A stretch of 64,000 nt of DNA from an uncultured Peptococcaceae bacterium (GTDB lineage Bacteria; Bacillota; Dehalobacteriia; UBA7702), in assembly GCA_964637365.1 (NCBI GenBank), contig CAZWWH010000002.1, forward strand, positions 11,528 to 75,527, in the 5' to 3' direction. Made by a program: the position numbers and the translations under genes. Shown here in pieces: positions 1-9,231 of this stretch. Every line of letters starts with the position of its first letter. The stretch's first letter is position 1. The notes beneath the pieces are model-generated. The model saw nothing but the letters and a program-made list of their open reading frames with translations. It ran no database searches and was not told the origin of the DNA.

Positions 1-2
1 CT

Positions 3-2219
3 TTGTCCTATACCTCCACTACAGTTCGGGATATAAAGGCTGCCGCTTGGGTGCTGGACAACGGTGCCAACCTTGGTGTGGTTCGCAATTACATTAATCG
101 CGCCTTTACACCGGAACAGCAGGACTTATTAAATGTTCTGATGGCAAATTGTCATGTGGAAAAAATTCGCGGTAAAAAAATTTTATTTTCTCAGGGAGAA
201 ACAGCACAATTTGTAGGGGAATTGGCATCACTCACCGGTAAGTTGCGTGATTTCCATATAGTAGATGCGGTTTTTACCGTTGTTCGAATGGGAAACCGTA
301 TTTATATTGTTTCCCGCAGCAGTTCTGAACAAATCAACGTGCGAGAGGTTTTGAAGTTTTATGGTGGTATGGGACACGATCATGCCTGTTCCGCCACGAT
401 TCGTGATGCAGATAGCATTTCCATTGATGCTGTCATTGATAAAATCCGTTCGGAATTATTGGAGTCCATTGCTCCACCTCTGATGGTAAAGGATATCATG
501 ACCACGCCGGTAAAAACTATCGACGCGCACACCACCATTCAGGAAGTTGAAGAATACCTGATTCGGTATGGACATTCAGGCTATCCTGTGATGGAGGAGG
601 GGAAACTCATCGGTATTATTTCCCGTCGCGATGTGGAAAAAGCCATTTATCATGGCTTTGGAAAAGTTCCGGTAAAAGGGTATATGTCTCATCATGTTAT
701 GACCATTTCCGAAGATATTCCTGTGGAAGAAGCACGCACCATGATGTTGGAACAGAATGTTGGTCGTTTTCCTGTTGTACGGGGCGAAGAATTGGTGGGG
801 ATTATTTCCCGTACAGACCTCCTTCAGCTTCTGTATGGGGAAAAGGTCACGACACGTCACAAAACAACCTATGAGCCTTCTGAAATTGCCGTGGATACCA
901 GCAATATGCTGTTAAAATTAAAGAACTCTTTACCGGAAAATACATATCGTATTTTGGGAGAAATCGCCTCTCTGGCGGATCGAGAAGGGTATCGTGTTTT
1001 TTTAGTAGGGGGACTCGTCCGTGACATGATGCTGGAGACGTCTTCTTCGGATTTGGATATTGTCGTAGAAGGGGATGGGATTACTTTTGCCCGTTTGGTA
1101 TCGGAGCAATACCACGGTCATCTTACGGCATATGAAAAATTCGGAACCTCCAATGTGATGATTGAAGGATTTTTAAAATTGGATATAGCCTCAGCACGTA
1201 CAGAGTTTTACGAATACCCCGCAGCGCTACCACAAGTGGAGAACAGTACCCTGCGTCAGGACTTGTATCGTCGAGACTTTACCATTAACGCCATGGCCAT
1301 ATCTTTGAATTTTTCTACCATTGGCCAGCTTGTTGATTATTATAATGGTAGGGAAGACTTGCTGAATAAAAGAATTAGAGTTCTTCATAACCTCAGTTTT
1401 GTGGAGGATCCTACCAGGATCATGCGGGCCATCCGCTTTGCCATTCGTTACGGCTTCCAGTTGGAAGAAGAAACGGAAATGTTTGCCAAAAAGGCCATTG
1501 CTGACGGCGTGTTTGAGAAACTCTCTTATCGTCGTATTTGGCAGGAAGTGATGATTTCTTTGAAAGAGGATGATCCCTACACAATATTGGAGCAATTCAA
1601 TGAATTTGGTTTATGGGATTATATTTTTCCGGGCCATCCTTTTGACTCTTCATTGAAGTCCACCAGCGAATTTTTGGAGAATCACGTTTCATTTTTAAAA
1701 TATCTGAAAACAAAGCCCAGCGTTCCATTGATTTATTTTTTGCTCTTGGTTTATGATATGACCAGAGATGAGCTGGATGAATTCTTTAAAAAAATTGAAG
1801 GTCGGCGTCATTATAAGGACAGCGCCTACTATGTCAATCGGGCCAAAGGCTACTTTTTTGATGAAGTGCCGACTTTGGATATTGTGGATTGGTATAAGAC
1901 TTTTTCAGAACAGAATCCAGAAATTATGATTGTTCTGATGCTAAAAGCTGATAAGAACCAAAGGAAAATTATTAATAATGCTGCTATGCGTTATTTTCGT
2001 TATCAGTTAAAAACCAATCGCCACGACCTTAAAGAATTGGTGGGGAAAAAACGAAAGATTTTGCAGGAAATTATTGAGGATCTGATCCGTGAAAAAACTT
2101 CCGGTCGTTTAAGTACAAAAGAAGAGGAATTGGACTATGTAAGGTCGAATCTAAAAATTGGCAAATATCACGATGATGATGATGCAGCGACGAAAGGGGA
2201 ATGGGATGCTGAACCTTGA
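3..2219 (+). CDS. CBS-domain-containing tRNA nucleotidyltransferase / polyA-polymerase family protein (5' partial at window edge)
   Basis: ORF runs from the window start, so the N-terminus is truncated. Tandem CBS-pair motifs (residues ~150-280). PolyA-polymerase head-domain motif GGLVRDMML...DLDIVVEGD. tRNA-NT C-terminal HD-like region. Confidence 0.6.
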   Translation: MSYTSTTVRDIKAAAWVLDNGANLGVVRNYINRAFTPEQQDLLNVLMANCHVEKIRGKKILFSQGETAQFVGELASLTGKLRDFHIVDAVFTVVRMGNRIYIVSRSSSEQINVREVLKFYGGMGHDHACSATIRDADSISIDAVIDKIRSELLESIAPPLMVKDIMTTPVKTIDAHTTIQEVEEYLIRYGHSGYPVMEEGKLIGIISRRDVEKAIYHGFGKVPVKGYMSHHVMTISEDIPVEEARTMMLEQNVGRFPVVRGEELVGIISRTDLLQLLYGEKVTTRHKTTYEPSEIAVDTSNMLLKLKNSLPENTYRILGEIASLADREGYRVFLVGGLVRDMMLETSSSDLDIVVEGDGITFARLVSEQYHGHLTAYEKFGTSNVMIEGFLKLDIASARTEFYEYPAALPQVENSTLRQDLYRRDFTINAMAISLNFSTIGQLVDYYNGREDLLNKRIRVLHNLSFVEDPTRIMRAIRFAIRYGFQLEEETEMFAKKAIADGVFEKLSYRRIWQEVMISLKEDDPYTILEQFNEFGLWDYIFPGHPFDSSLKSTSEFLENHVSFLKYLKTKPSVPLIYFLLLVYDMTRDELDEFFKKIEGRRHYKDSAYYVNRAKGYFFDEVPTLDIVDWYKTFSEQNPEIMIVLMLKADKNQRKIINNAAMRYFRYQLKTNRHDLKELVGKKRKILQEIIEDLIREKTSGRLSTKEEELDYVRSNLKIGKYHDDDDAATKGEWDAEP

Positions 2220-2871
2220 TATAACAAGAATACTTTTAACGATTCCAGCCTTAATCATTGCTTTAACGCTGCACGAGCTGTCCCACGGTTGGGTGGCTTA
2301 CCGCTTGGGTGATACTACTGCCAAGAGCCAAGGGCGTTTGAGCTTGAATCCACTGAAGCATATCGATCCTATTGGCGCATTGTTTTTGCTAATCGTGGGA
2401 TTTGGTTGGGCAAAACCTGTGCCGGTAAATCCCTACGCTTTTAAAAATAAAGACAAGGGTATGGCTTTGGTAGCCCTGGCGGGGCCTATTTCTAATTTTA
2501 TTATGGCCCTATTGGGTGGCATTGGCCTGATGATAACCTACCATTTTTTTGAAAATGCTGTTTACCAAGGCAGTGCCTCCATGGTGCCTTATTATCTCAC
2601 CTATTTCTGGATGTATTTCATTCAAATTAATGTGGTATTAATGGTATTCAATCTGATTCCAATCCCTCCTTTGGATGGCTCCAGAGTGGTTCGAGCCTTT
2701 TTATCCTTTGACTGGAAGGTTCGTTATGACCGTATTGAGCAATTCGGTATGTTTATTATGATGGCAATGTGTTTGCCTATTTTTGGTGGAACCTCCATCA
2801 TCAGTTTTATTTTAACAAAACCGGTTTCGGCTATTTCTCAATTTATTTATGGCTTGGCCGGAATCATGTAA
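2206..2871 (+). CDS. Site-2 protease (M50 family, SpoIVFB-like) membrane metalloprotease
   Basis: HELSHG zinc motif. NLIPIPPLDGS (LDG) motif. Multiple TM segments. Likely start MLNLDITR overlaps the upstream stop by 14 nt. Confidence 0.6.
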   Translation: MLNLDITRILLTIPALIIALTLHELSHGWVAYRLGDTTAKSQGRLSLNPLKHIDPIGALFLLIVGFGWAKPVPVNPYAFKNKDKGMALVALAGPISNFIMALLGGIGLMITYHFFENAVYQGSASMVPYYLTYFWMYFIQINVVLMVFNLIPIPPLDGSRVVRAFLSFDWKVRYDRIEQFGMFIMMAMCLPIFGGTSIISFILTKPVSAISQFIYGLAGIM

Positions 2872-2881
2872 GGAGACATAT

Positions 2882-3868
2882 ATGGCAAAAGAAACTATTT
2901 TAAGTGGAATGCGCCCCACAGGTAAACTGCATTTGGGGCATCTCAGTGTATTGGAAAATTGGGCAAAACTTCAAGAGGGCAATGAGAATTATTATATGAT
3001 TGCAGATTGGCATACCCTTACCACCGGTTTTAATGATACGAAAATGATTCAGAGCAATATTCGCGACATGGCATTGGATTATATGGCCGCCGGTATTGAC
3101 CCGGAAACTAGCGCTATTTTTATCCAAAGCCGTGTAAAAGAACACGCAGAGCTCCATTTGCTCCTTTCCATGGTAACGCCTTTGAGTTGGCTGGAGCGGG
3201 TGCCCACATACAAAGATCAAATCGCGCAATTCGGCAAAGACGGTAAGGATATTTCTACCTATGGTTTTCTAGGCTATCCTTTGCTGATGGCCGCTGATAT
3301 TCTCGTTTACCGAGCCACAGCAGTTCCCGTAGGGGAAGACCAGCTTCCTCATTTGGAATTTACCCGCGAATTGGTGCGCCGTTTCAATCATCTATATGAT
3401 TGCCAAGTATTTCCGGAACCGAAGGCTCTTTTGGCCAAAATTAAGCTGTTGCCCGGTACTGACAACCGTAAAATGAGCAAAAGTTACGGTAATGACATCC
3501 CCTTGGATGCCGATGATAAATTGATTCTTCAGAGAGTTGGCCAGATGGTGACAGATCCCGCCCGTATCAAGAAAACAGATTTAGGCCATCCAGACGTTTG
3601 CACCGTGTATACTTACCACACCTTCTATAATCAAGAAGAAGCTCCCGATATTGAGGAACGCTGCAAGGCTGGGGAAATCGGCTGCGTGGCCTGTAAAAAA
3701 CGCCTGGCGCAAAAGCTCAGCGAATTTATGGGTCCCATTCGCGAACGCCGCATGGAGTTCTCCGGCAATCCCAAACGTTTGGATGAAATTCTGGAAGCCG
3801 GCTGTGAAAAGGCACGAAAAGCTGCGGCGGAAACTCTGGCTAAAACAAGAGAGGCTATGAAAGTCTGA
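2882..3868 (+). CDS. trpS: Tryptophan--tRNA ligase
   Basis: Class I aaRS HIGH-type motif (TGKLHLGHL) and KMSKS motif. RBS AAGGAGA upstream of the ATG at 2882. Confidence 0.85.
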   Translation: MAKETILSGMRPTGKLHLGHLSVLENWAKLQEGNENYYMIADWHTLTTGFNDTKMIQSNIRDMALDYMAAGIDPETSAIFIQSRVKEHAELHLLLSMVTPLSWLERVPTYKDQIAQFGKDGKDISTYGFLGYPLLMAADILVYRATAVPVGEDQLPHLEFTRELVRRFNHLYDCQVFPEPKALLAKIKLLPGTDNRKMSKSYGNDIPLDADDKLILQRVGQMVTDPARIKKTDLGHPDVCTVYTYHTFYNQEEAPDIEERCKAGEIGCVACKKRLAQKLSEFMGPIRERRMEFSGNPKRLDEILEAGCEKARKAAAETLAKTREAMKV

Positions 3869-4632
3869 TGCCGCTCGCCATTAAATTGGATATTTTTGAA
3901 GGCCCTTTTGACCTGCTTTGTCATCTCCTTGATGAAAACCGTGTTGATATCTATGATATTCCCATTGCGGAGATTACTGCTCAATATTTGGAGTATCTTG
4001 ATGCCATGGCCAATCTTGATTTGGAGGTGGCCAGTGAATTTTTGGTTCTGGCGGCGACGCTGATTGCTATCAAAACAAAAATGCTTTTGCCAGTAGTAAA
4101 AAAAGATGATACGGGAGAATTTCCCGAAGGATACTATCAGGATGATGACGATCCCCGCTCCGATTTGGTACGCCAAATTTTAGAATACAAAAAGTATCGT
4201 GAATTGGCGGAATCTTTTAGGGAATTAGCAGAGGAGCAAAAAACGAAAATACCCAGGTCCAATGATGAGGAAATCTATGTTTCCATGTTCCGTGGAGAAA
4301 CGGTATTAAAAAATGTTTCCGTGGACAAGTTACGACTTTCCATGGAAAAGGTCATCGACCGCATGAAACAACGGGAAATTGTGCATACTGTATCAAAAGA
4401 GAATATCACAGTCGAAGACCGGATGCATCTTATTGAAAGCCGTCTGCAGAGCCATCCCGAAGGTTTTTTGTTCAGTGAACTGTACGACTATGAGTCGTCT
4501 CACATCCGCGTTATTATCGTTTTTCTGGCGCTGTTGGAATTGATTCGCCGTAAAAAAATTCGTGTTTTACAAAAAGAAAATTATGGAGAGATCCTTTTAT
4601 ATCCTTATGATGGAGTGAAACCGGTTTCATGA
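3868..4632 (+). CDS. scpA: Segregation and condensation protein A
   Basis: ScpA family N-terminus (LDIFEGPFDLLCHLL). Translationally coupled to scpB. Confidence 0.8.
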   Translation: MPLAIKLDIFEGPFDLLCHLLDENRVDIYDIPIAEITAQYLEYLDAMANLDLEVASEFLVLAATLIAIKTKMLLPVVKKDDTGEFPEGYYQDDDDPRSDLVRQILEYKKYRELAESFRELAEEQKTKIPRSNDEEIYVSMFRGETVLKNVSVDKLRLSMEKVIDRMKQREIVHTVSKENITVEDRMHLIESRLQSHPEGFLFSELYDYESSHIRVIIVFLALLELIRRKKIRVLQKENYGEILLYPYDGVKPVS

Positions 4633-5210
4633 CTGTACTATTTTCTGAAGAAATTATAAAAGCTGTGGAAGCCCTGCTTTTTGTGGCAGGGGAACCTCTT
4701 ACGGTCAAGGCCTTGGCGGATTATACCGAAAGCGATGAGGAGACTGTTCTTTCGGTTTTATCGGAGTTAAGGGTATTTTACGCCAATCGCGGCTTTTTTC
4801 TGGCTGAAATTGCCGGCGGCTATCAGTTTATGACGCCAAAGGAAATGTATCCTTACGTGGAACGTCTCTATCGACCAAAGGCGCAGAATCTAAGTAAGGC
4901 TGCTATGGAAACTCTGGCAGTGATTGCATACTGTCAGCCGGTAACCCGAGGGGAGATTGAGCATATTCGTGGTGTCAATGCTGACGGTATTGTAGCTGGT
5001 CTGTTAGAAAAAGGGCTTATTGACGAGGTCGGACGTAAAGATACGCCAGGAAAACCGGTGCTCTACGGCACCAATGATAAGTTTTTGCAATTACTGGGAC
5101 TGAACTCGTTGGAGGATTTGCCCCAAGTGAATCTTTCCACGGAAAATAACAGTGATGAGGCGGACAAACTGACGTTGATCTCATCGGAAAATGAGGTGGA
5201 GTCGCAGTGA
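4629..5210 (+). CDS. scpB: Segregation and condensation protein B
   Basis: ScpB winged-helix family (VEALLFVAGEPLT...). Start overlaps scpA stop (ATGA). Confidence 0.8.
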   Translation: MTVLFSEEIIKAVEALLFVAGEPLTVKALADYTESDEETVLSVLSELRVFYANRGFFLAEIAGGYQFMTPKEMYPYVERLYRPKAQNLSKAAMETLAVIAYCQPVTRGEIEHIRGVNADGIVAGLLEKGLIDEVGRKDTPGKPVLYGTNDKFLQLLGLNSLEDLPQVNLSTENNSDEADKLTLISSENEVESQ

Positions 5211-5833
5211 TCTGGCCATGGATTATACTGGCTATTTTACTCTTTTTATTATTTTATCCGCTGCGTATTAAGGGTCACTTTCGTTATGAAAAAGAACAAT
5301 GGCAAGGAAAGGTGACATTGCTTCCTTTCTTTGGGCTTAAATGGCCGAAAGTAACTTTGTTTGACTCCGATAGAACCAAGAAACGCGGCAAAGAAACGAA
5401 AAATGAAAAGAATCAAGCCAAAACCAAAATTGAAGGAAAGAAAAATCTATTTGGTCAGCAGCAATCCCTTGCTGAACAAATTCCCATAGTTCTGGAACTG
5501 CTTTCCGGTGCTAAGCAAGGAATTAAGAAGCTCCATGTTCGTTTTGTCTTCGGATATGGATTTAACGATCCAGCAGTTATGGGATACCTTACCGGTGCCA
5601 TTTATGGGATACTACCCTTGCTATTTGGTGATTTTCGTAACACCCATTGGTGCATTCGTGTCGAACCCCAATGGGGATTATCTGAAACCGTTGCTTTTGC
5701 CCGTTTTAACGCTACGGTAAGTCTTTTTTCTATGATTCGTTCTTTTGGACCTTTAATGCCGAAAGTTTATGATATGATTCCTAAAAAAACAAGGAGGAAT
5801 GAAAGATGTCGGAACATCCCATCGAATCCCTGA
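5207..5833 (+). CDS. Hypothetical membrane protein (YtfI-like)
   Basis: N-terminal TM helix, basic middle region. Sits directly upstream of ytfJ, as in the Bacillus ytfI-ytfJ pair. Family assignment is tentative. Confidence 0.4.
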   Translation: MIWPWIILAILLFLLFYPLRIKGHFRYEKEQWQGKVTLLPFFGLKWPKVTLFDSDRTKKRGKETKNEKNQAKTKIEGKKNLFGQQQSLAEQIPIVLELLSGAKQGIKKLHVRFVFGYGFNDPAVMGYLTGAIYGILPLLFGDFRNTHWCIRVEPQWGLSETVAFARFNATVSLFSMIRSFGPLMPKVYDMIPKKTRRNERCRNIPSNP

Positions 5834-6255
5834 TGTCAAGCGTATTAGAAAATTTAAAAAAAGTGGTTGACGCCAACACTGTCATTGGTGAGCCTATTTT
5901 ACTTCCCAACAATGTTTCCATTATTCCTGTCACAAAGCTATCCTGCGGCTTTGGTTGTGGAGGAGGAGAATACGGCCAAAAAGAAGGCGCTACAAAAATT
6001 CCCTTTGGCGGTGGTACTGGCGGCGGCATAAGCCTGCAGCCTTTGGGGTTTATCTCCGTTTCTGACCAGGATGTTAAATATATCCCCCTGGACAGCAATA
6101 CACCTGGTGGCATTGCAGACATAGTGGTAGACGGTATCGCTAAACTGGCCGCAGAACTTCCTAATTTGAAGAAAAAGAAATCCAAAAACGAGGAAAATGC
6201 CGCGGAAGTCATTGCTGAAATGGAAGAGGAAACACAAGAGATTCCCAAGGAATAA
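5806..6255 (+). CDS. ytfJ: GerW/YtfJ family sporulation protein
   Basis: Strong RBS AGGAGG. Conserved YtfJ N-terminal region (VIGEPILLPNNVSIIPVTKLSCGFGCGGGE). Confidence 0.65.
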   Translation: MSEHPIESLMSSVLENLKKVVDANTVIGEPILLPNNVSIIPVTKLSCGFGCGGGEYGQKEGATKIPFGGGTGGGISLQPLGFISVSDQDVKYIPLDSNTPGGIADIVVDGIAKLAAELPNLKKKKSKNEENAAEVIAEMEEETQEIPKE

Positions 6256-6279
6256 TTGAACGTCAAGTCCAATTTATTA

Positions 6280-6308
6280 TTGACAATTTCTCTCAGAACT
6301 GATAAAAT
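6280..6308 (+). promoter_or_regulatory. Sigma70-type promoter (TTGACA-17-TAAAAT) driving a cobalamin riboswitch
   Basis: Consensus -35 hexamer at 6280-6285, 17-nt spacer, -10 hexamer at 6303-6308. Confidence 0.5.
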
Positions 6309-6324
6309 TTTATTAAGTAAATAA

Positions 6325-6585
6325 TGACAAACCTGTGTAAAGTATTGGAATGAGGTGAAATCCCTCAGCGGACGGGCCACTGTGATTGCTTTTTAGCATA
6401 AGCCAGATCTTTGCTTTGCGATATGCTCCCTGTTTCGGCCAATGGACAGTTCCATTGAGGTGTCAGTGAATTTATCCGTGTCGGTGCAACAGGCTGGCAC
6501 GGTTTTATTTTGTACCGAAAAATCACACAAGGTGTTTGATAGAAAAGAATGATTTTCTTATCTGCACCTTGTGTTTTTTTATTCT
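6325..6585 (+). promoter_or_regulatory. Cobalamin (B12) riboswitch with intrinsic terminator
   Basis: Core GGAATGAGGTGAAATCCCTCAGCGGACGGGCCACTGTGA (6355-6395). Partial B12-box AAGCCAGATCTTTGC. Terminator hairpin CACAAGGTG...CACCTTGTG + T7 at 6527-6580. Confidence 0.7.
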
Positions 6586-6955
6586 ACGTATTTTCCAGAC
6601 TGCTTTGGAAATTTTATTGATATATTTTTCCATATTTCATTCATTTGGTTTCTTCCTGAGCACTCTCCAAATCTTACCTTGACCAAATAAGCTTCGATCT
6701 CTTTACCCTATGCTTTTCCCATATCTTATGATAAGCGCCATTGTCGTATTTTCTTGGAATATACGCAATACCTGCTCAGGATGAAATATGATAGGCGCAG
6801 CTTCCGTCCTTTCTGCGCTGCGCCCTCGGTGCTTCCCCGTGGCCAAAAGCCGCGGGGTATGCCCGGATAATTACAAAATGCTATTGTAATTGTACATTTT
6901 GAAATAAATAAGTTTTTGCCGGTAGAAATTAATGCCGGAAATGAAAGGAGATTTT

Positions 6956-8554
6956 ATGAAAAGAATGAAACGATTCATCGCACCCTTACTTGCTCTTGTC
7001 ATGGTAATATCTTTTGCCTTCGGTGTCACAGCCGCCGAAATCAATGCCGATGATGCCTCTAACAGCTATGTTTATCTAACAATGGAGAAATTTACTTTAG
7101 GGCAGGAATGTATTTTTGCACCTATTGCCATTCCCTGGGAGGAGGGAATGACTGCCGCATCCATTCTCGTCGATAAGCTTGGGGACGACAATTATCAATG
7201 CAGTGGCTCTTTAGACGGTGGTGACCTTTACATTTCAGCAGTAAAAGACCCCGATCAAGGTAGTGTTGATATGCCGAAGGTTATTTATGATGCAGTAATG
7301 GGCAGCCAAAATGTAATCTCTGCCCGTAATGAGAAGGAATGGCTCGGAGAGTTTGATTATTACAATGAAAGTGGCTGGATGTTGACGGTGAATGATGATT
7401 TTATTGGCACAAGCTCTGCTGCTCATACATTACAGCCCGGTGACGTTGTCCGTTGGCAATTTACCGTGTATGGCCTTGGTGCTGATTTGGGTAACAGTAA
7501 CGAATCTTTTGGTGGATATGATAAATTAATTGATGCTGCCAACAAAGATGACCTGGTAAAATCCTTGGCAAATGCTACACAAAAAGATACCAACGCATAT
7601 AAAAATGCCTATTCAGTGTTGGTCAATGCTGCGGCAACCCAGGCAGAGGTTGATACTGCAAAGGCCAATTTGGATGCCAATGCTGATGTTCCTTTGAATC
7701 TTTCTTCTTGTGAAAAACAGCACATTATTTTTACGAATGGGCTTCAGTTAAGTGCTACTGAACTTCAACTTGCACCTAAGGAAACTGAAAAATTAACCGC
7801 CGTGGTAACGCCTGACACGGCTAATTTCTCCGAGGTGGTCTGGAAATCTTCAAGAAAAGCTGTCGCCACTGTTTCGGCTGACGGCACTGTAACCGCAGTC
7901 GGTGAGGGGACGGCTAAAATTACCGCTACTACCAAAGATGGCGGAGCATCTGCTGTTTGTGAGGTTACAGTAAAAAAAGATGATGCCCCGGTAGAGATAA
8001 AACTCCCGTTCTCTGATGTTCAGAAAAAGGATTGGTTTTATACTGATGTTCTTTATGTTTACGAGAATGAAATCATGAATGGTGTCAGTAATACTGTGTT
8101 TGGTCCCAATGACGACTTGACCCGTGGTCAATTTGTTGCTATTTTAGGTCGTTATGCTGGGATTAAAGATAGCTCTAAAGGTTCGCCTGCTTCTAAAACC
8201 TTCGATGATGTGAAAACAACAGAGTACTATGCTTCTCATGTGAAGTGGGCCATAGATCAGGGGATTACTAATGGCGTAAGTGAAAAGAATTTTGCCCCTA
8301 AAGAAAAAATCACTAGAGAACAAATGGCTGCAATGATGTACCGCTACGCAAAGGCGATTGGTGTTACATTACCTGGGGCCGATAGCGACAAGTTTTCTGA
8401 TGACAATAAGATTTCCTCCTATGCTAAGGATGCAGTATATAGCATGAAAGCTGCAGGCATCTTAGGCGGTATGGGGAATAACACTTTTGCGCCTAAGGGT
8501 AATACCACTCGGGCCCAAGCAGCTAAAGTGATTCATGTGTTCATGGAACTGTAA
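6956..8554 (+). CDS. Surface protein: signal peptide + DUF4430 (transcobalamin-like beta domain) + Big_2 + 3x SLH domains
   Basis: Signal peptide MKRMKRFIAPLLALVMVISFAFGVTAA. DUF4430-type motif GEFDYYNESGWMLTVNDD...LQPGDVVRWQFTVYGLGADLG. Big_2 Ig-like segment (7720-7980). Three C-terminal SLH repeats (F.DV..W....I...G...G...F.P....TRAQ). RBS GAAAGGAG. Confidence 0.7.
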   Translation: MKRMKRFIAPLLALVMVISFAFGVTAAEINADDASNSYVYLTMEKFTLGQECIFAPIAIPWEEGMTAASILVDKLGDDNYQCSGSLDGGDLYISAVKDPDQGSVDMPKVIYDAVMGSQNVISARNEKEWLGEFDYYNESGWMLTVNDDFIGTSSAAHTLQPGDVVRWQFTVYGLGADLGNSNESFGGYDKLIDAANKDDLVKSLANATQKDTNAYKNAYSVLVNAAATQAEVDTAKANLDANADVPLNLSSCEKQHIIFTNGLQLSATELQLAPKETEKLTAVVTPDTANFSEVVWKSSRKAVATVSADGTVTAVGEGTAKITATTKDGGASAVCEVTVKKDDAPVEIKLPFSDVQKKDWFYTDVLYVYENEIMNGVSNTVFGPNDDLTRGQFVAILGRYAGIKDSSKGSPASKTFDDVKTTEYYASHVKWAIDQGITNGVSEKNFAPKEKITREQMAAMMYRYAKAIGVTLPGADSDKFSDDNKISSYAKDAVYSMKAAGILGGMGNNTFAPKGNTTRAQAAKVIHVFMEL

Positions 8555-8588
8555 AGTACTATATATAGGATAGGGAAGATAGATAAAG

Positions 8589-8623
8589 AAAACCGGAGTA
8601 TTCCTTTGAATACTCCGGTTTTA
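8589..8623. terminator. Bidirectional intrinsic terminator hairpin
   Basis: AAAACCGGAGTATTC-ctttg-GAATACTCCGGTTTTA: perfect stem flanked by an A-tract and a T-tract. Confidence 0.6.
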
Positions 8624-8821
8624 TATTGCCTTCAATTTAGCAACAAAAAAATCGCGGAACCATTCGGTTCCGCTGAAGGAAGGATAAAAGATAGAGATAA
8701 GAGTAGAAGATTCAGAATGAGATACGGATTATCATAAAAACTCATAGAGAGAGGAGTTTTAGAAAGGAGGGCAGCCGGCTGTACAATGACTGCCAAATTA
8801 AAAATAAGGAGATGATAGGTT

Positions 8822-9066
8822 TGGCAACTAAAAAAACTTTGTTCCCAAAGAGGAACAAAGCGCTTTTACAATGAAAAACACAAAACCTCTTACGCGGAAG
8901 TTCTTTGTAAATTCATAGGCTGAAATATCCTGACTTACCTTCTACGTTGATACCGCCTTCCCGCATGAACAGTGGCAAATGGTAACAACTCGGGTTTCAC
9001 AGTGGCGCGACCGTTGAGGATTTTCACCTCATTCCTTCTGCACCTATGATTTTTTGATTCAATTAC
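8822..9066 (-). promoter_or_regulatory. Cobalamin riboswitch (orphan; no downstream CDS) with intrinsic terminator
   Basis: Minus-strand core GGAATGAGGTGAAAATCCTCAACGGTCGCGCCACTGTGAAAC, GGGAAGGCGG, and AAGTCAGGATA B12-box-like segment. Terminator GCGCTTTGTTCC-tctttg-GGAACAAAG + T7 (plus 8822-8858). Confidence 0.6.
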
Positions 9067-9073
9067 TATAATT

Positions 9074-9102
9074 ATAATACATTAAAATCTACAAAAATTC
9101 AA
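9074..9102 (-). promoter_or_regulatory. Sigma70-type promoter (TTGAAT-17-TATTAT) for the orphan riboswitch
   Basis: Minus-strand -35 TTGAAT, 17-nt spacer, -10 TATTAT in an AT-rich region. Confidence 0.4.
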
Positions 9103-9231
9103 GTTAAGATATTATAACTATTCACTATAAAATTTTGCGTTTAAAGTTACTACATATTTAAGGGTAACCAGAGCAAAACTTATAATTATAAAATAAGGCT
9201 GTCCGGTTTTCCGAACAGCCTTACTACTCGA

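Noticed and set aside
576-4176. Several minus-strand ORFs of 60-180 aa (576-860, 1227-1595, 2900-3229, 3631-4176) antisense to the tRNA-NT, trpS and scpA genes
   Set aside because: They overlap well-supported coding regions on the opposite strand. Their composition is low-complexity, with no RBS or family signal. These are typical shadow ORFs.
5781-6380. 199-aa minus-strand ORF antisense to ytfJ and extending into the riboswitch
   Set aside because: It overlaps a conserved sporulation gene and a structured RNA. Its proline/serine-rich translation is characteristic of antisense frames.
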